64,000 nt of DNA from an uncultured Acidimicrobiia bacterium (GTDB taxonomy: Bacteria; Actinomycetota; Acidimicrobiia; IMCC26256; JAENVU01): contig CAVXVA010000001.1 of the NCBI GenBank assembly GCA_963765075.1, positions 66,051 through 130,050 of the forward strand, read 5' to 3'. Numbering within the stretch: the first letter of the stretch is position 1; each line of letters starts with the position of its first letter. The notes under the pieces were generated by a model that made no database searches, was not told the origin of the DNA, and saw nothing but the letters and a program-made list of their open reading frames with translations. A program made the position numbers and the translations under genes. Positions 50,807 to 60,112 of this stretch are shown one piece after another.

Positions 50807-51393
50807 ACCCCAAGTTCTGGTGGTACCTCGCCCGCGCGACGGGACTCGTGGCCTGGGGCGCCGCGGGCCTCTCGATCATCCTCGGCCTGACCTTGAGTGG
50901 GCGGCTCAGCCGCCGTCCCCGCCCGGCGTGGCAGCTCGACCTCCACCGCTTCCTCGGCGGGCTGAGTGTGGCGTTCCTCGCCGTACACCTGGCCGCATTG
51001 AGCCTCGATCCGACCGTGGACTTCGGGCCCGGCGCCCTGGCCATCCCGATGGCGGCACCCTGGCGACCCGGCGCGGTCGCCTGGGGGATCGTCGCGGCCG
51101 ACGCGCTCATCGCCGTCGAGGTCACCTCGTTACTCGCGACCCGCATCCCGAAGCGGGTGTGGCGGGCGGTGCACTTCGCCAGTTACGGCGTGTGGATCAG
51201 CGGAACCGTGCATGCCCTCCAAGCGGGCAGCGATGCCACGGTCGTCCGGGGGATCGCGCTCGTTGCGTCGATCCTGATCGTCAACCTGACGGTGGTACGG
51301 ATCGTGGGGCGCCGAATCCCTCGAGCACCGTCACGAGTTCCGGCGGCAGCGCCGATTCAAACTCCATCCGCGAGCCCGTCGCCGGATGGGTGA
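50803..51393 (+). CDS. Ferric-reductase-like transmembrane domain protein (MsrQ/YedZ-like)
   Basis: ORF 50545..51393 trimmed to ATG 50803 (ATGA overlap with the apbE stop). It has multiple TM helices with spaced His residues (LHRFLGG...VHLAALS; VHFASYGVWISGTVHAL). The last 110 or so nt overlap the convergent rluD end and may be overextended. Confidence 0.7.
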   Translation: MNPKFWWYLARATGLVAWGAAGLSIILGLTLSGRLSRRPRPAWQLDLHRFLGGLSVAFLAVHLAALSLDPTVDFGPGALAIPMAAPWRPGAVAWGIVAADALIAVEVTSLLATRIPKRVWRAVHFASYGVWISGTVHALQAGSDATVVRGIALVASILIVNLTVVRIVGRRIPRAPSRVPAAAPIQTPSASPSPDG

Positions 51394-52216
51394 AGGCCAA
51401 CCGAGCAGCGTGGAGGAACGGTCGGGCCAGACGAACGTCGGTGTTGCCGTAGACGGAGTCACCGAGCACGGGATGATCGATGGCCGCCAGGTGCACTCGG
51501 ATCTGGTGGGTCCGGCCGGTCTCGAGTTCGACGGCGAGTCGAGCCGTGTCATCGAACACGTCGACCACTTCGTAGTGGGTCCGGGCCTCACGTCCGCCGA
51601 CACGCACAGCCATCCGGGTCGGCCAGCGGGGCGACCGTCCGATCGGCGCGTCGACGGTCCCGCGCGTCGACGTCGGAATCCCGTGGACGACCGCCACATA
51701 CATCCGCTCCACGTCGTGGGCGGAGAGATCGCGGACCAGCGCGGTGTAGGCGGCGGGAGTCCGGGCGACCACGAGTAATCCGCTGGTGTCCCGATCGAGG
51801 CGGTGCACGATGCCGGGCCGGGCCGGATCACCGACCCCGGCGAGGTCGAACCGGGCGAGCAGACCACTCACCAGGGTGCCCGTCGCATGGCCCGCGCCCG
51901 GGTGCACCACCAGGCCTGCCGGTTTGTCGACCACGATCACGTCATCGTCGGCGTACACGACGGTGACCTCGACGTCGGGTTCCGGGCCCGGTGGCGGTGG
52001 CGGTGTGGGCTCGCCCCTCCACTCCAACGTGGTTCCGGCATCGAGCCGAGCACTGCGCGCCACGGCGACGCCATCGATGAGCACATCGCCTCGCTCCACC
52101 ATCTCCCGCACCGCGTTGCGCGACCACCCGGTGAGCAGCGCGACCGCACGATCGACGCGTTCGCCCGCGAGGGTCTCGGGCACGACGAGTGGACTCTCGT
52201 CATCAGTGGGGCTCAC
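51281..52216 (-). CDS. rluD: RluA-family 23S rRNA pseudouridine synthase (RluD-like)
   Basis: ORF 51281..52678 trimmed to GTG 52216 (GTGA overlap with the lspA stop). It has an S4 domain (ERVDRAVALLTGWSRNAVREMVERGDVLIDG) and catalytic motifs (VHRLDRDTSGLLVVA, GRTHQIRVHL). Confidence 0.9.
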   Translation of the reverse strand: MSPTDDESPLVVPETLAGERVDRAVALLTGWSRNAVREMVERGDVLIDGVAVARSARLDAGTTLEWRGEPTPPPPPGPEPDVEVTVVYADDDVIVVDKPAGLVVHPGAGHATGTLVSGLLARFDLAGVGDPARPGIVHRLDRDTSGLLVVARTPAAYTALVRDLSAHDVERMYVAVVHGIPTSTRGTVDAPIGRSPRWPTRMAVRVGGREARTHYEVVDVFDDTARLAVELETGRTHQIRVHLAAIDHPVLGDSVYGNTDVRLARPFLHAARLAFTHPATGSRMEFESALPPELVTVLEGFGAPRSVPPSG

Positions 52217-52674
52217 GGCGTCGACTCCATGTCGGTGGGCTTCGATCGGAAACTCAACAGGATCAGCAGGATCGCGCCACACGTGATCGCCGAATCGGCG
52301 ACATTGAACGACGGGAACGAGCCGACGCGCACGAAGTCGACCACATGACCGCGCAGCACCCCGGGCGAGCGAAGGAACCGATCGATCAGGTTCCCGATCG
52401 CACCCCCCAAGACGAGCGACAGCCCCACGATCGTCCATCGATCCGTGGACGACCGAATGGTGTGCACCAACCAGGCACTCAGGCCGATCGCCAGAATCGC
52501 GAGCACCACGGTCGCGTTCGTGAACGAACTGAACGCGCCGCCCGAGTTCCGGACAACGCGAAACTCGATCGTGTCTCCGACGATCGACAGCGGCGAATCC
52601 GAATACCTCGCCACCACCCACAATTTGGTCAGCTGATCGACCACCGCCACCACGCCGACAATGACGGGCGGCAC
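52213..52674 (-). CDS. lspA: Lipoprotein signal peptidase II
   Basis: ORF 52213..52845 trimmed to GTG 52674 (start uncertain). Motifs present: DQLTKLWV, VRNSGGAFS, GGAIGNLIDR, VVDFV and FNVADSAITCG. Confidence 0.85.
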   Translation of the reverse strand: MPPVIVGVVAVVDQLTKLWVVARYSDSPLSIVGDTIEFRVVRNSGGAFSSFTNATVVLAILAIGLSAWLVHTIRSSTDRWTIVGLSLVLGGAIGNLIDRFLRSPGVLRGHVVDFVRVGSFPSFNVADSAITCGAILLILLSFRSKPTDMESTP

Positions 52675-52690
52675 CCACCGCGGTGTGGAT

Positions 52691-53569
52691 TTAACGACGG
52701 CGCTCGACACGCTGTTTGCAGTCGACGCACGTGTCGGCCCACGGAATCGCTTCGAGGCGCGCCACCGGAATCCGTCGACCGGCGGGCGTGCACAGACCGT
52801 AGGTACCACTCGCCATCCGCTCGAGCGCCCGGTCGATGTCGTCAACCGCCAATCGGGCCGTCGCCGACAACATCAGGTCCCGCTCGCGTTCGACGCTGAT
52901 CGTGTCGCCCTCGCCCGACTCCTCGTCGAACTGCGTGTCGCCCTGTTCCCGCTCGTTGACGAGCGCTTCCGCGTCGGCTTGGAGTTCTTCGGCCTGGCGG
53001 ACGTGGCGAGCGCGTTCTTCGATCAGCATCTCGTGCAGCTTCTCGATGGTCTTCGGCGTGATGTTCGGCGCCTGCTTGGGAACGAAGATCCCCGAGAGCG
53101 GACAGGTCGCGCCCGCCGGCGCCTTCTTCACCGGGGCCGCCTTGGCCGGTGCGACCTTCTTCACTGCGGCTTGCTTGGCCGGCGCGACCTTGACCGGTGC
53201 AGCCTTCTTCGCCGCGGCCTTCTTCACTGCGGCCTGCTTCGCCGCGGCCTTCTTTACCGGTGCGGCCTTCTTCGCCACGGCCTGCTTCGACGCGGCCTGC
53301 TTCGCCGCGGCCTTCTTTACCGGTGCGGCCTTCTTCGCAACGGCCTGCTTCGCCGCGGCCTTCTTCACCGGTGCGGCGTGCTTCGCCACAGCCTTTGCGG
53401 GGGCCTGTTTGGCTGCCGTCTTCGTCGCCGCCGGCTTCGACGGCACCTTCTTCGCGGCGGCTTTCTTCGCCACGGCCTTCTTCGCGATGACCGACTTCTT
53501 TGCCGCAGTCTTCTTCGTCGCGGACGACTTCGACGCGCTGGGGGCCTTCCGGCCGGTGGCCTGAGCCAT
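52691..53569 (-). CDS. DksA/TraR C4 zinc-finger protein with a roughly 170-aa Lys/Ala/Pro-rich histone-H1-like N-terminal domain
   Basis: ORF 52691..53719 trimmed to ATG 53569 (AGAGGA upstream). The N-terminus is MAQATGRKAPSASKSSATKKTAAKKSVIAKKAVAKKAAAKK...(VAKKAAPVKKAAAKQA)n. The C-terminus has a DksA coiled coil and zinc finger (GTYGLCTPAGRRIPVARLEAIPWADTCVDCKQ). Confidence 0.85.
   Translation of the reverse strand: MAQATGRKAPSASKSSATKKTAAKKSVIAKKAVAKKAAAKKVPSKPAATKTAAKQAPAKAVAKHAAPVKKAAAKQAVAKKAAPVKKAAAKQAASKQAVAKKAAPVKKAAAKQAAVKKAAAKKAAPVKVAPAKQAAVKKVAPAKAAPVKKAPAGATCPLSGIFVPKQAPNITPKTIEKLHEMLIEERARHVRQAEELQADAEALVNEREQGDTQFDEESGEGDTISVERERDLMLSATARLAVDDIDRALERMASGTYGLCTPAGRRIPVARLEAIPWADTCVDCKQRVERRR
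53231..53389. repeat. 48-bp tandem repeat (three near-identical units plus one 15-bp partial) inside the dksA-like gene
   Basis: GGCCTGCTTCGCCGCGGCCTTCTTTACCGGTGCGGCCTTCTTCGC(C/A)AC occurs at 53231, 53294 and 53342. It lies within a broader AAG/GCC low-complexity tract of about 53110..53530. Confidence 0.85.
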
Positions 53570-53663
53570 CGGAAATCCTCTGGGTGGGAACGGGAAGCGG
53601 CGGATGATAGTGCAGGCGGCATTGAGACCGGGGGTAGTGGGGGTCGCCGAATAGGCTCCGGCC

Positions 53664-56600
53664 GTGCCATTCGACCCTGTCGACCCCCGATTGGACCTCG
53701 TCGCGCTCGAGGATCGCATCCTCGCCGGCTGGCGCGCCGATGACGTTTTCGCCGAGTCGCTCCGCCAGCGAGCCGACGCGCCCGAGTGGGTCTTCTACGA
53801 GGGCCCGCCGACCGCCAACGGCCGTCCCGGCATCCATCACGTGTGGGCGCGCCTGTTCAAGGACATCTACCCCCGGTTCCACACGATGCGGGGCAAATAC
53901 GTGGCCCGAAAAGCCGGCTGGGACTGTCACGGCCTCCCCGTCGAGGTCGAAGTCGAGAAGGAACTCGGCTTCTCGGGCAAGCCCCAGATCGAGGACTACG
54001 GCATCGAGGCGTTCAACCGCCGGTGTCGGGAGTCGGTCCAGCGCTACGTCGAGGACTGGTCGGCGATGACCAGTCGCATCGGCATGTGGCTCGATCTCTC
54101 CGACGCTTACACCACGATGAGCAATCCATTCATCGAGAGCGTCTGGTGGCTCTTCCACGAGATGTGGACCAAAGGCCTGATCTACGAGGGCGCCAAAGTC
54201 GTCCCCTACTGCGGCCGCTGCGGCACGGCGTTGTCGAGCCATGAACTGGGCCAACCCGGCGCGTACCGCGACATCACCGAGGATTCGGTCTACGTCCGCT
54301 TCCCGGTCGTCGACTCGGACTTCGACCTCCTGGTCTGGACCACGACTCCGTGGACGCTCGTGAGCAATGTCGGTGCGGCCGTCGGGCCCGACGTCACCTA
54401 CGCCCGGGTCGAGATGACCGGGGCGCGCGACCTCGTGCTCGCCGCCGACCGCGTGGAGATCGTGCTCGGGTCGGACGCACGGATCGTCGCCACGCTGCGG
54501 GCCGACGATCTCGTCGGGCTCCGCTACGAGCGCCCCTTCGACGCGCTACCGGCCGTCGGCGACGGTTGGCGCGTGGTGAGCGCGGAGTTCGTCACGGTCG
54601 ACGACGGCTCCGGGATCGTGCACTTGGCCCCGGCCTTCGGTGAGATCGACCGCGAGGTCGGCGTCGCCGAGGGTCTCCCGATGCTGAACCCGGTCAACGC
54701 CCAGGCCCGGTTCGACGACACCGTGCCGTTCCTCACCGGCCAGTTCGTCAAGGATGCGGACCCCGCCCTGATCGAGGACCTGCGCGCGCGCGGACTCCTC
54801 GTCCTCGCGGTTCCCTACGAACACTCCTATCCCCATTGCTGGCGGTGCAGCACCCCATTGATCTACTGGGCCAAGCCCACCTGGTTCGCGCGCACCAGCG
54901 AACGCAAGGCCGACCTCCTGGCCGAGAACGAGCGGATCGGCTGGCACCCCGAACACATTCGCCATGGCCGATTCGGCGACTGGCTGAGCAACAACGTCGA
55001 TTGGGCGCTCTCGCGCGACCGGTTCTGGGGGACGCCGATCCCCGTCTGGCGCTGCGACGACTGTCATGGCGACACCTGCGTCGGCTCGGTGGCCGAACTC
55101 GGCGAACGCGCCGATTGCGACCTGAGCGACCTCGACCTGCATCGACCGTTCGTCGACGACATCACGATCCGATGCGAGCACTGCAACGGTCGCGCCCAGC
55201 GGGTCGAACCCGTGCTGGACGCCTGGTTCGATTCCGGATCGATGCCCGCGGCGCAGCTGCACTACCCGTTCGAGAACCAGGACCTCTTCGAACGTCGATT
55301 CCCGGCCGACTTCATCTGTGAGGCGATCGACCAGACCCGCGGCTGGTTCTACTCGCTCCTTGCGGTCAACACCCTGGTGTTCGACCGCGCCCCGTACCGA
55401 GATGTTGTCTGCCTTGCGCTCCTGCTCGATCAGGACGGCCAGAAGATGTCGAAGACTCGCGGGAACGTCGTCGACCCCTGGAGCGTGCTGACCACCCGCG
55501 GCGCGGACGCCCTCCGGTGGAACTTCGCGTTCGCCAGTTCGCCCTGGACTCCGAAACGGGTCTACCTCGAAAACATCGACGAGACGACGAACCGGTTCCT
55601 CGTGACCCTCTGGAACACCTACGTCTTCTTGATCACCTACGCCAACCTGGACGGGTGGGAACCGAGTTCCACGCCCACCGCGGCGGCCGATTCCGATCAC
55701 GTGATGGACCGCTGGATCCGATCCCGCACCCACAGCACGGTCCGCTCGGTGACCGATCACCTGGAGGGTTTCGACGCACTCGGTGCGACCCAGGCGCTGG
55801 ACGCGCTCGTCGATGACCTCTCCAACTGGTACGTGCGCCGCAGTCGGCCCCGCTTCTGGAAAGCCTCCGACGGCTCGGCCCACGCGGTCCTCCACGAATG
55901 CCTGACCCTCGTGGCCACGATGCTCGCGCCGATCTGTCCGTTCACGGCCGACGCGATGTACATGAACCTGACCGGCACCACGCGATCGGTTCATCTCGCG
56001 GACTGGCCGGTCGCCGACCTCGACGCCATCGACCGCGATCTCGAGTCCGCGATGCACCTCGCCCGCGAACTCGTGTCACTCGGGCTCGCGGCGCGGGCAG
56101 AGGCGAAGTTGCGCGTCCGTCAACCGCTCCCCCGGGCCATCGCACTCGTCGGCCCCGGCGCCGGGCTCGACCCGACCGTGGCCGCGGAGATCGCCGACGC
56201 GCTCAACGTGAAGACACTCGAGACCGTGACCACCCTCGATGGCCTCCTCGACTACACCGTCGTCCCCAACTTCCGGGCCTTGGGTCCGAAGGTCGGCAAG
56301 CTCTTGCCCCAGGTCAAGACGGTGCTCGCAGCAGCCGACGGCGCCGCGGTTCGGGCCGCGTTCGAAATCAGCGGTGAGTGGCAGGTCACCGTCGACGGCA
56401 CCCAGCTCACCTTGGGCCCCGACGACGTGCAGATTCGGGCCGCATCCCACGAACAGTTCGCCCTGGCCCAGGACGGACCATTGGCCGTCGCCCTCGACAC
56501 CCGACTCACCGACGCGCTGCGCCGGGAGGGTCTGGCACGCGAAATCGTCCGCAGCCTCAACGACCTCCGGAAGTCCGCCGGATTCGAGATTGCCGACCGC

Positions 56601-56774
56601 GTGCGCATCACTCTCGCCGGCGACGACGCCCTCGCTTCAGCCGTGGGCGAACACCACGCCTGGATCGCCGCCGAGGTGCTCGCGACTCAGCTCGAGATCG
56701 GGGCCCCGGAGGGCGACGTTCACGATCTGGAGATCGACGGCGTGCCCTGGCGCGTCGCGATCAGTCGTTCGTAG
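53664..56774 (+). CDS. ileS: Isoleucine--tRNA ligase
   Basis: 1036-aa uninterrupted ORF (GTG start) with PPTANGRPGIHHVWAR (HIGH region), a CP1 editing domain, the KMSKTRGN (KMSKS) motif, and zinc-binding CWRC and CDDCHG motifs. Confidence 0.97.
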   Translation: MPFDPVDPRLDLVALEDRILAGWRADDVFAESLRQRADAPEWVFYEGPPTANGRPGIHHVWARLFKDIYPRFHTMRGKYVARKAGWDCHGLPVEVEVEKELGFSGKPQIEDYGIEAFNRRCRESVQRYVEDWSAMTSRIGMWLDLSDAYTTMSNPFIESVWWLFHEMWTKGLIYEGAKVVPYCGRCGTALSSHELGQPGAYRDITEDSVYVRFPVVDSDFDLLVWTTTPWTLVSNVGAAVGPDVTYARVEMTGARDLVLAADRVEIVLGSDARIVATLRADDLVGLRYERPFDALPAVGDGWRVVSAEFVTVDDGSGIVHLAPAFGEIDREVGVAEGLPMLNPVNAQARFDDTVPFLTGQFVKDADPALIEDLRARGLLVLAVPYEHSYPHCWRCSTPLIYWAKPTWFARTSERKADLLAENERIGWHPEHIRHGRFGDWLSNNVDWALSRDRFWGTPIPVWRCDDCHGDTCVGSVAELGERADCDLSDLDLHRPFVDDITIRCEHCNGRAQRVEPVLDAWFDSGSMPAAQLHYPFENQDLFERRFPADFICEAIDQTRGWFYSLLAVNTLVFDRAPYRDVVCLALLLDQDGQKMSKTRGNVVDPWSVLTTRGADALRWNFAFASSPWTPKRVYLENIDETTNRFLVTLWNTYVFLITYANLDGWEPSSTPTAAADSDHVMDRWIRSRTHSTVRSVTDHLEGFDALGATQALDALVDDLSNWYVRRSRPRFWKASDGSAHAVLHECLTLVATMLAPICPFTADAMYMNLTGTTRSVHLADWPVADLDAIDRDLESAMHLARELVSLGLAARAEAKLRVRQPLPRAIALVGPGAGLDPTVAAEIADALNVKTLETVTTLDGLLDYTVVPNFRALGPKVGKLLPQVKTVLAAADGAAVRAAFEISGEWQVTVDGTQLTLGPDDVQIRAASHEQFALAQDGPLAVALDTRLTDALRREGLAREIVRSLNDLRKSAGFEIADRVRITLAGDDALASAVGEHHAWIAAEVLATQLEIGAPEGDVHDLEIDGVPWRVAISRS

Positions 56775-56779
56775 CGGAT

Positions 56780-57791
56780 TCAGCGCCCGCGTCGACGGAA
56801 CAGCCCGCCGCGCTGGTCGTCGGGATCGAAGTCGCCGGTTCCCATGGAGTCGCGGGGACCGAGCGGGGTCTCGTCGGTGACGGCTTCACGCAGGCTGGCA
56901 AAGAACGCGTCGTCGTCGAGGTGTTCGGCATCCGGCTCGGTGTCGAAGAGCGGCGGGCGCGTCACGGGCGGCGTCGATGACTCCTCCCATGGCGTCGCAC
57001 TTTCATTCGCCGGTGCCGGTGCCGGTGCCGGTGAGGATGCAGCCACCCCGAACGCGGGCGGCGGGACCGCGCCGCACCGACGGTGGGCTCGCGACCGGTG
57101 GCGCGGCAACCGCCGATGGTGGCATGACCGGCGGTGGCGTCGCGGCCGCGGGCGCTTCGGGAGTCACCACGGGAAGCGGCGGCGTCGGAGCGCTCGTCGG
57201 TGACGGCGTGGCGTCGCCCGCGACGCGAGGCATCACGACATCGTGGGTCGTGGGACGGGGCGACGGCGCGACCGATCCCTTGCTCGACAACATCTCGAGG
57301 TCGGACTCGACCGCACGGCGCAACCGGACGCGGTAATCGGCCTCGAATCGTTCCAGTGCATCGATGTCGGCCACGAGCGCGTCGCGCTTGGCGCCGAGTT
57401 CGAGCACTTCGCCTTCGAGACGCCGCCGCTCGGTCTCGGCCTGCCGGCGGGCGTTGGTCTCCGCCTCCATGACCATCGTGCGCGACTTCGTTTCGGCGTC
57501 ATCGAGAATCTGCCGGGCCTTGCTCTGCGCTTCGGCCACCGCCTCGTCTGCGGCCCGCTGCGCCAACAAGAGCGTGCGGTGCAACATGTCCTCGGTCTCG
57601 CGCGTCTTGCCGGCATCGGCCGCACCGGAGTCGACCTGGGCCTGTACGGCCCGCAGTTGGCCGTCGAGGGCCTCAATGCGGCTGGCGGCACGTTCCAGCA
57701 AATCGTCGACATCGTCACGGTTGTACAAACCGAACCGTTCACGAATATCAATGTCACGGAGTTCTCGAGGCGTTACATCCATGGTCGGCAT
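56780..57791 (-). pseudogene. divIVA: DivIVA domain protein (Wag31-like); frame break within 57003..57109
   Basis: ORF 57003..57791 carries the DivIVA N-terminus (DVTPRELRDIDIRERFGLYNRDDVDDLLE) and a coiled coil. The conserved-looking tail (PLFDTEPDAEHLDDDAFFASLREAVTDETPLGPRD...GGLFRRRGR) lies in ORF 56780..57109. A (GCCGGT)4 tract lies at 57009..57032. Confidence 0.8.
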
Positions 57792-57851
57792 CGTAGCGAT
57801 GCACGCGGGTCAGAATCGAGACTGGTCCGCGAACCGGACATCAGCGACGTG

Positions 57852-58094
57852 TCACTGACACGCGATGTTGCGGGCAACTCCCAGCACCACGATGATCACG
57901 AAGAACGAAAGATCGAACGGCCCGGCCGGGGGAATCACTCGCCGGGCCGGCGCGGCCAGGGGCTCGGTCAGGTCGGCGAGCACGCGGTTCACCGACGCCA
58001 TTGCCCCACCAGATGGTGGCAACCACGACAAAATGGCCCGGGCGAAGAAGACCAGCAGATAGGCAGTGAGGAGCGCGCAGATCAGTTCTTGCAC
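57852..58094 (-). CDS. yggT: YggT family membrane protein
   Basis: 80-aa ORF with two TM helices and the pattern LLVFFARAILSWLPP. Conserved position between sepF and divIVA. Confidence 0.85.
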   Translation of the reverse strand: MQELICALLTAYLLVFFARAILSWLPPSGGAMASVNRVLADLTEPLAAPARRVIPPAGPFDLSFFVIIVVLGVARNIACQ

Positions 58095-58106
58095 AGGCGG
58101 TGGCGG

Positions 58107-58667
58107 TCAGGCGCCGTAGAGGCCACGGGCCTGGAGGCGGTCCTTCTCCTCTTGGGAGACCTCGACGTTCGACGGCGTCAGGAGGAAGACCTGGTCGGAC
58201 ACCCGGGCCATCGAACCGCCGATCGCATACGTCAGGCCGCTCGAGAAGTCGATCAATCGCCGTTGGAGATCTCGTCCGAGTCCCTGGAGGTTGATGATGA
58301 CGGGCTGATCACTCTTGAGCCGGTCACCGACCTCTTGGGCGTCGTTGAAGCCTTGGGGCTCCACGACGTGCACCCGTGCCGCCGAGGACGGTAGCGGCCG
58401 AATCAGCGGCGTCACCGTCGGTTCGGGATCTCCGAGCGGTACGGCCCGCACTCGGGGTGTCACCCGGGTAACCGGCGCGGGCGCCGGCGGCTCCCGACGG
58501 GACGACGGCTCGCGACGAGGCTTCACGGGACGTTCGATCGCGACCGCAGGCGCGGCCTCGACGAACTCCTCCTCGGCGAGATCCAACTCGTCGTAGTCGT
58601 ACTCATAGCCCTCGTCGTCATCCTTGAGACCGAGGTACACCATCGTTTTCTGCCACATGCCCGGCAT
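58107..58667 (-). CDS. sepF: Cell division protein SepF
   Basis: 186-aa ORF with an N-terminal membrane-targeting MWQKTMVYLGL and a C-terminal SepF core (VHVVEPQGFNDAQEVGDRLKSDQPVIINL...LIDFSSGLTYAIGGSMARV). Confidence 0.9.
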   Translation of the reverse strand: MPGMWQKTMVYLGLKDDDEGYEYDYDELDLAEEEFVEAAPAVAIERPVKPRREPSSRREPPAPAPVTRVTPRVRAVPLGDPEPTVTPLIRPLPSSAARVHVVEPQGFNDAQEVGDRLKSDQPVIINLQGLGRDLQRRLIDFSSGLTYAIGGSMARVSDQVFLLTPSNVEVSQEEKDRLQARGLYGA

Positions 58668-58689
58668 GTCCTCTCCCTCCGGAAGGTCG

Positions 58690-59355
58690 TCAGGTTACCG
58701 CCCCGGGGCGCGATTTTGGGGGAATGTCGGCCCGGTGGCCGAAGAGTCCGGTTCCGACCCGCACGATCGTGGCTCCTTCTTCGATGGCGGCCTCGAAATC
58801 ACCGCTCATTCCCATCGACAACTCGGCCAGCTCCAACGCCTCGGCCAGGGCCCGCAGCGACGCAAAGATCGGCCGGGGGTCGCCGACGGCGGGCGCGACC
58901 GTCATCAGACCCACCACTTCCGCTCCCCCGGCCCGAAGCCGTTCCGCAATCCCCCCCGCCTCCGACGGGTCACAGCCACCCTTGAGATCCTCGCCGGCGA
59001 CGTTGACTTCGATCAGGACCCGGGCGTGCTCGACCCGGCGCGTCAGTGCCTCGGCGGTCGCGAGGTCGTCGATCGAGTGCCACCAGGAAACCCAGGGGCG
59101 TAGCTGGTTGATCTTGTTGCGTTGCAAACGGCCGATGAAGTGCCACGCGGGATCCTGGGCCACGAGGTCCGGAGCCTTGGCGACGAGTTCCTGCGCTCGA
59201 TTCTCCCCCAGGTCGACGACGCCGGCCCGAATGACCGCGGCGATCTCTGCCGCCGTGCGGGTCTTCGTCGCGGCGACCAAGCGCACGGCCTCGGGCGGAC
59301 GACCGGACCGGGCCGCCGCCGCCGCCATCCGTTCGCGCACCTCGCGTACGCGCAT
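58690..59355 (-). CDS. YggS family pyridoxal-phosphate homeostasis protein
   Basis: ORF 58690..60285 trimmed to ATG 59355 (alternative GTG 59376). Motifs present: LVAATKTRT, DLGENRAQEL, WHFIGRLQRNK, LSMGMSGDFEAAIEEGATIVRVGTGLFG. Confidence 0.9.
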   Translation of the reverse strand: MRVREVRERMAAAAARSGRPPEAVRLVAATKTRTAAEIAAVIRAGVVDLGENRAQELVAKAPDLVAQDPAWHFIGRLQRNKINQLRPWVSWWHSIDDLATAEALTRRVEHARVLIEVNVAGEDLKGGCDPSEAGGIAERLRAGGAEVVGLMTVAPAVGDPRPIFASLRALAEALELAELSMGMSGDFEAAIEEGATIVRVGTGLFGHRADIPPKSRPGAVT

Positions 59356-59365
59356 CGTGATGGCC

Positions 59366-60095
59366 TCAGCCGTCACCCGGATGGCCCTCCCGCTTGACGA
59401 CGAGCACACCGTGGCGTCCGGTCCGGCCGTCACGACGGTGCGAGAAGTAGTCGGGCGATTCCACCGTGCAGACGTCGAGGACTTCGATGTCGTCGACCGC
59501 CAGCGCCTCCAGGGCCGCCACGATGGTCGCCGCGCAGATCGAACGCCGGGTTCCCGTCGGCAGTGCGCGCCGCCACCTGGGGACCGACCCGATCCGCGAG
59601 TTCGGCGAGAAGTTCGGCTCCGAACTCGTAGTGCGCCGGACACACGCACGGTCCGATGACCGCTCGGATCGGTCCGGCGCCACGCGCGCGCAAGCCCGTC
59701 ACCGCGGCGGGAATGACGCCGTCGACCGCACCCCGCCACCCCGCGTGGACGGCGGCGCAGGCCGTGTCGTTGGCCAACGCGATCGGGGCGCAGTCGGCGC
59801 CGATCGCCAGCAGCCCGAGGCCGACGCGATCGGTCACGACCCCGTCGGCGTCGACGCCATCGACTTCGGTCCCGCTCGCGTCCAGGACCGTCGTGCCATG
59901 GACATGATGCGGCATCACGAGGAGTTCGGGCTCGACCCCGGCGATCGCCGCGAACTCGGCGTGGTTCGCCCTGACCGCCACGGGATCGTCGCCGACGTGG
60001 CGACCGAGGTTGGCGGAATCGAACGGTGCGACCGAACACCCGAACCGCCGGTCGCTGAAGTACGCGTCGGCGGTGCCGATCCGACGATGGATCAC
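59366..60095 (-). pseudogene. pgeF: Peptidoglycan editing factor PgeF (YfiH/DUF152 laccase-domain protein); one frame break near 59535
   Basis: ORF 59430..60095 carries VMPHHVHGT, DADGVVTD, IGADCAPIAL and VHAGWRG. After ...GNPAFDL the conserved end AATIVAALEALAVDDIEVLDVCTVESPDYFSHRRDGRTGRHGVLV continues in ORF 59366..59683. Junction: GAT CTG [C] GCG GCG ACC. Confidence 0.85.
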
Positions 60096-60112
60096 CGCGG
60101 AACGCGCGTTCC

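Noticed and set aside
53110-53530. Highly periodic repeat tract that could be mistaken for a CRISPR-like array (also 30235..30288 and 18000..18050)
   Set aside because: The units are directly tandem with no unique spacers. They lie inside well-supported coding frames (Lys/Ala tail of the dksA-like gene, PSP tail of patA, Ser/Thr insert of secD), and no cas genes are present.
53570-53663. Possible T-box riboswitch in the ileS leader. Actinobacterial ileS genes often have one; here there is GGGTGGGAACGGG (about 10 of 13 matches to GGGUGGUACCGCG) and an AUC triplet at 53574.
   Set aside because: The spacer to the divergent dksA-like start is only 94 nt. The T-box-like string lies only 5 nt or so from the AUC triplet and about 70 nt from the start codon, which leaves no room for Stem I/II or a discriminator in the canonical order. 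I could not draw an antiterminator or anti-sequestrator. A covariance-model scan (Rfam RF00230) would be needed to settle it.
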